A DNA stretch of 64,000 bases from the IMG/VR virus record IMGVR_UViG_3300003322_001323, positions 1 through 64,000 of that record. One strand, 5' to 3'. Positions 62,597 to 64,000 of this stretch are shown here, one piece after another. The notes beneath the pieces are model-generated. The model saw nothing but the letters and a program-made list of their open reading frames with translations, was not told where the DNA came from and searched no databases. Position 1 is the first letter of the stretch. Each line of letters begins with the position of its first letter. This DNA is from a virus. The position numbers and the translations under genes are program-made.

Positions 62597-64000
62597 TGCC
62601 AACCATTATTGACGCGCTCGTAGTTGAGCTTGGCTTTGACGCGAAGGGACTGGAAGCGGGCCGAAAGAAGGTCACCGAGACCTTCAACCAGACCAAAGAG
62701 AGCGCGGAAAAGACCGGCAAGGAGGTTGAAAAGTCGGCCAAGTCGGCCGAGCAATACATCACGCGCCTGCGCAACAACGTGCTGGCGCTGTTTGCCGCAT
62801 TCACTGCAGGCCGCGGATTGAAGGAATTTACCGCCGACGTTACCCACAGCAACGCGGAGCTGGGTCGCTTTGCCAAGACCATTGGCCAAAACGCGCAGGA
62901 GATTGCCTCTTGGCGCGCAGCCGGAAAGCTGATGGGGGTTGACGCGCGCGATATTGATGCCACCTTTGGTAATCTGGTGCAGCAGTTCCAGCAGTTTTCC
63001 ATTACCGGAGATTCCACGCTGGTGCCCTGGTTCCGTGCGCTGGGTCTCAGCATGACGGACGCCTCGGGTCAAATGAAGCCGGTTAGCGACCTGCTTTTGG
63101 AGCTATCCGAGCGCGTCAGCAAGATGGAGCCCGCCAAGGCCACCGCGTTTCTTAACAATATGGGCATATCCCCCGGCATGATAAACATCCTGCTGCAGGG
63201 GCCGCCGGCCATTCGCAAGCTGATTGACAGCCAGCGCGAGCTCGCGCGAGCCCAGGCCGAGGACATCAAGGCCGCGCAGGAGCGTCAGAAGGCCTGGAAT
63301 GCCTTTTTAAACCAGGCCGAACGCGTCGGCACCGTGCTTCTGACCATGCTGACGCCAGCGCTGACCGCGGTGGCGGGAATGCTGGAGGAGGTGGCGCGCT
63401 GGGCTGGCGACAACCCGAACGCCGCCACCGCGGTCTTCGGCGCGCTTACGGGTGTAACCCTACTGCTCAGTGGCGCGCTGCTGGTAAACCTGGCCGGCTC
63501 GGCGCTTACGGCCGTGGCTGCCGGCTTTGCCGGGCTTACAACACTTTCCACCGGGCTATTGCTGCGAATGGCGGTGATGACCGCTACGGCGCTTCCCGCG
63601 CTATCCAAGGCCTTTTTTGGCCTGGCGCTGGCAATCGAATCAACTCCCATTGGCTGGATCGTCACCGGCATTGCCCTTATTTCCGCTGCCGGTTTTCTGC
63701 TGTACCGCAACTGGGATTCCATCGCGAAATGGTGGAAGCGGCTCTGGACCGGCATGAGCGATGATACGGATACTGCCTCCAAGAGCATCGTAAATAACAC
63801 CAGGCCGCCATCGGCTCGCGGCACCACCTACGGCAGCAAGGGCGGTCCAACCCAAGCGGACGACATTAACATTCTAACGCGCTACGGCTGGTCGCGCGAG
63901 CAGGCTACCGGAATTGTTGCCAACCTTCAGGCCGAGAGCCGCGGCGACGCGGGTGCCGTGGGCGATAATGGTCGCGCCTATGGGCTAGGCCAATGGCACC
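62596..64000 (+). CDS. Tape measure protein with phage-tail-lysozyme domain, 3'-truncated
   Basis: GTG start (MPTIIDALVVELGFD), open to the window end; final GWSREQATGIVANLQAES...GDNGRAYGLGQWH. Confidence 0.88.
   Translation, partial: MPTIIDALVVELGFDAKGLEAGRKKVTETFNQTKESAEKTGKEVEKSAKSAEQYITRLRNNVLALFAAFTAGRGLKEFTADVTHSNAELGRFAKTIGQNAQEIASWRAAGKLMGVDARDIDATFGNLVQQFQQFSITGDSTLVPWFRALGLSMTDASGQMKPVSDLLLELSERVSKMEPAKATAFLNNMGISPGMINILLQGPPAIRKLIDSQRELARAQAEDIKAAQERQKAWNAFLNQAERVGTVLLTMLTPALTAVAGMLEEVARWAGDNPNAATAVFGALTGVTLLLSGALLVNLAGSALTAVAAGFAGLTTLSTGLLLRMAVMTATALPALSKAFFGLALAIESTPIGWIVTGIALISAAGFLLYRNWDSIAKWWKRLWTGMSDDTDTASKSIVNNTRPPSARGTTYGSKGGPTQADDINILTRYGWSREQATGIVANLQAESRGDAGAVGDNGRAYGLGQWH

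Overview
The window is a ~64-kb piece of a GC-rich tailed phage genome with a contractile tail (DUF1073 portal, DUF2213 protease/scaffold, DUF2184 capsid, DUF3383 sheath). It is cut inside a tail-fibre-like gene on the left and inside the tape-measure gene on the right; baseplate genes lie outside. The host is probably a Gram-negative alphaproteobacterium, inferred from spanins and CtrA-like DNA-binding domains. Layout: (+) fibre, Tat-signal lyase-like protein and lysis cassette, 1-9423; bidirectional terminator; (-) early, replication and nucleotide-metabolism block, 9579-43133 (PolA, AEP primase, two SF1 helicases, SNF2 helicase, ThyX, a second dCMP-type thymidylate-synthase homologue, dCMP deaminase, kinase-UDG fusion, MazG-like NTPase, N6A and C5 methyltransferases); (+) NusG, terminase, head and tail genes, 43417-64000. 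No integrase, CRISPR array or reverse transcriptase was seen. Best leads: (1) a candidate head-cargo system in which a recurring [LPV]-A-x-D motif and a shared H-x-R..G-Q-F..GG tag link portal, MuF, NUDIX, ADP-ribosyltransferase, protease and capsid; (2) a duplicated 71-nt CCA-ending non-tRNA structured RNA; (3) a probable cytosine-modification pathway; (4) a ~46-aa domain shared by three early proteins including the C5-methyltransferase; (5) CtrA-like receiver-less regulators; (6) Tat/Sec-signal and Cys-paired proteins in the late operon. All family calls come from motif recognition by eye; no database search was run.
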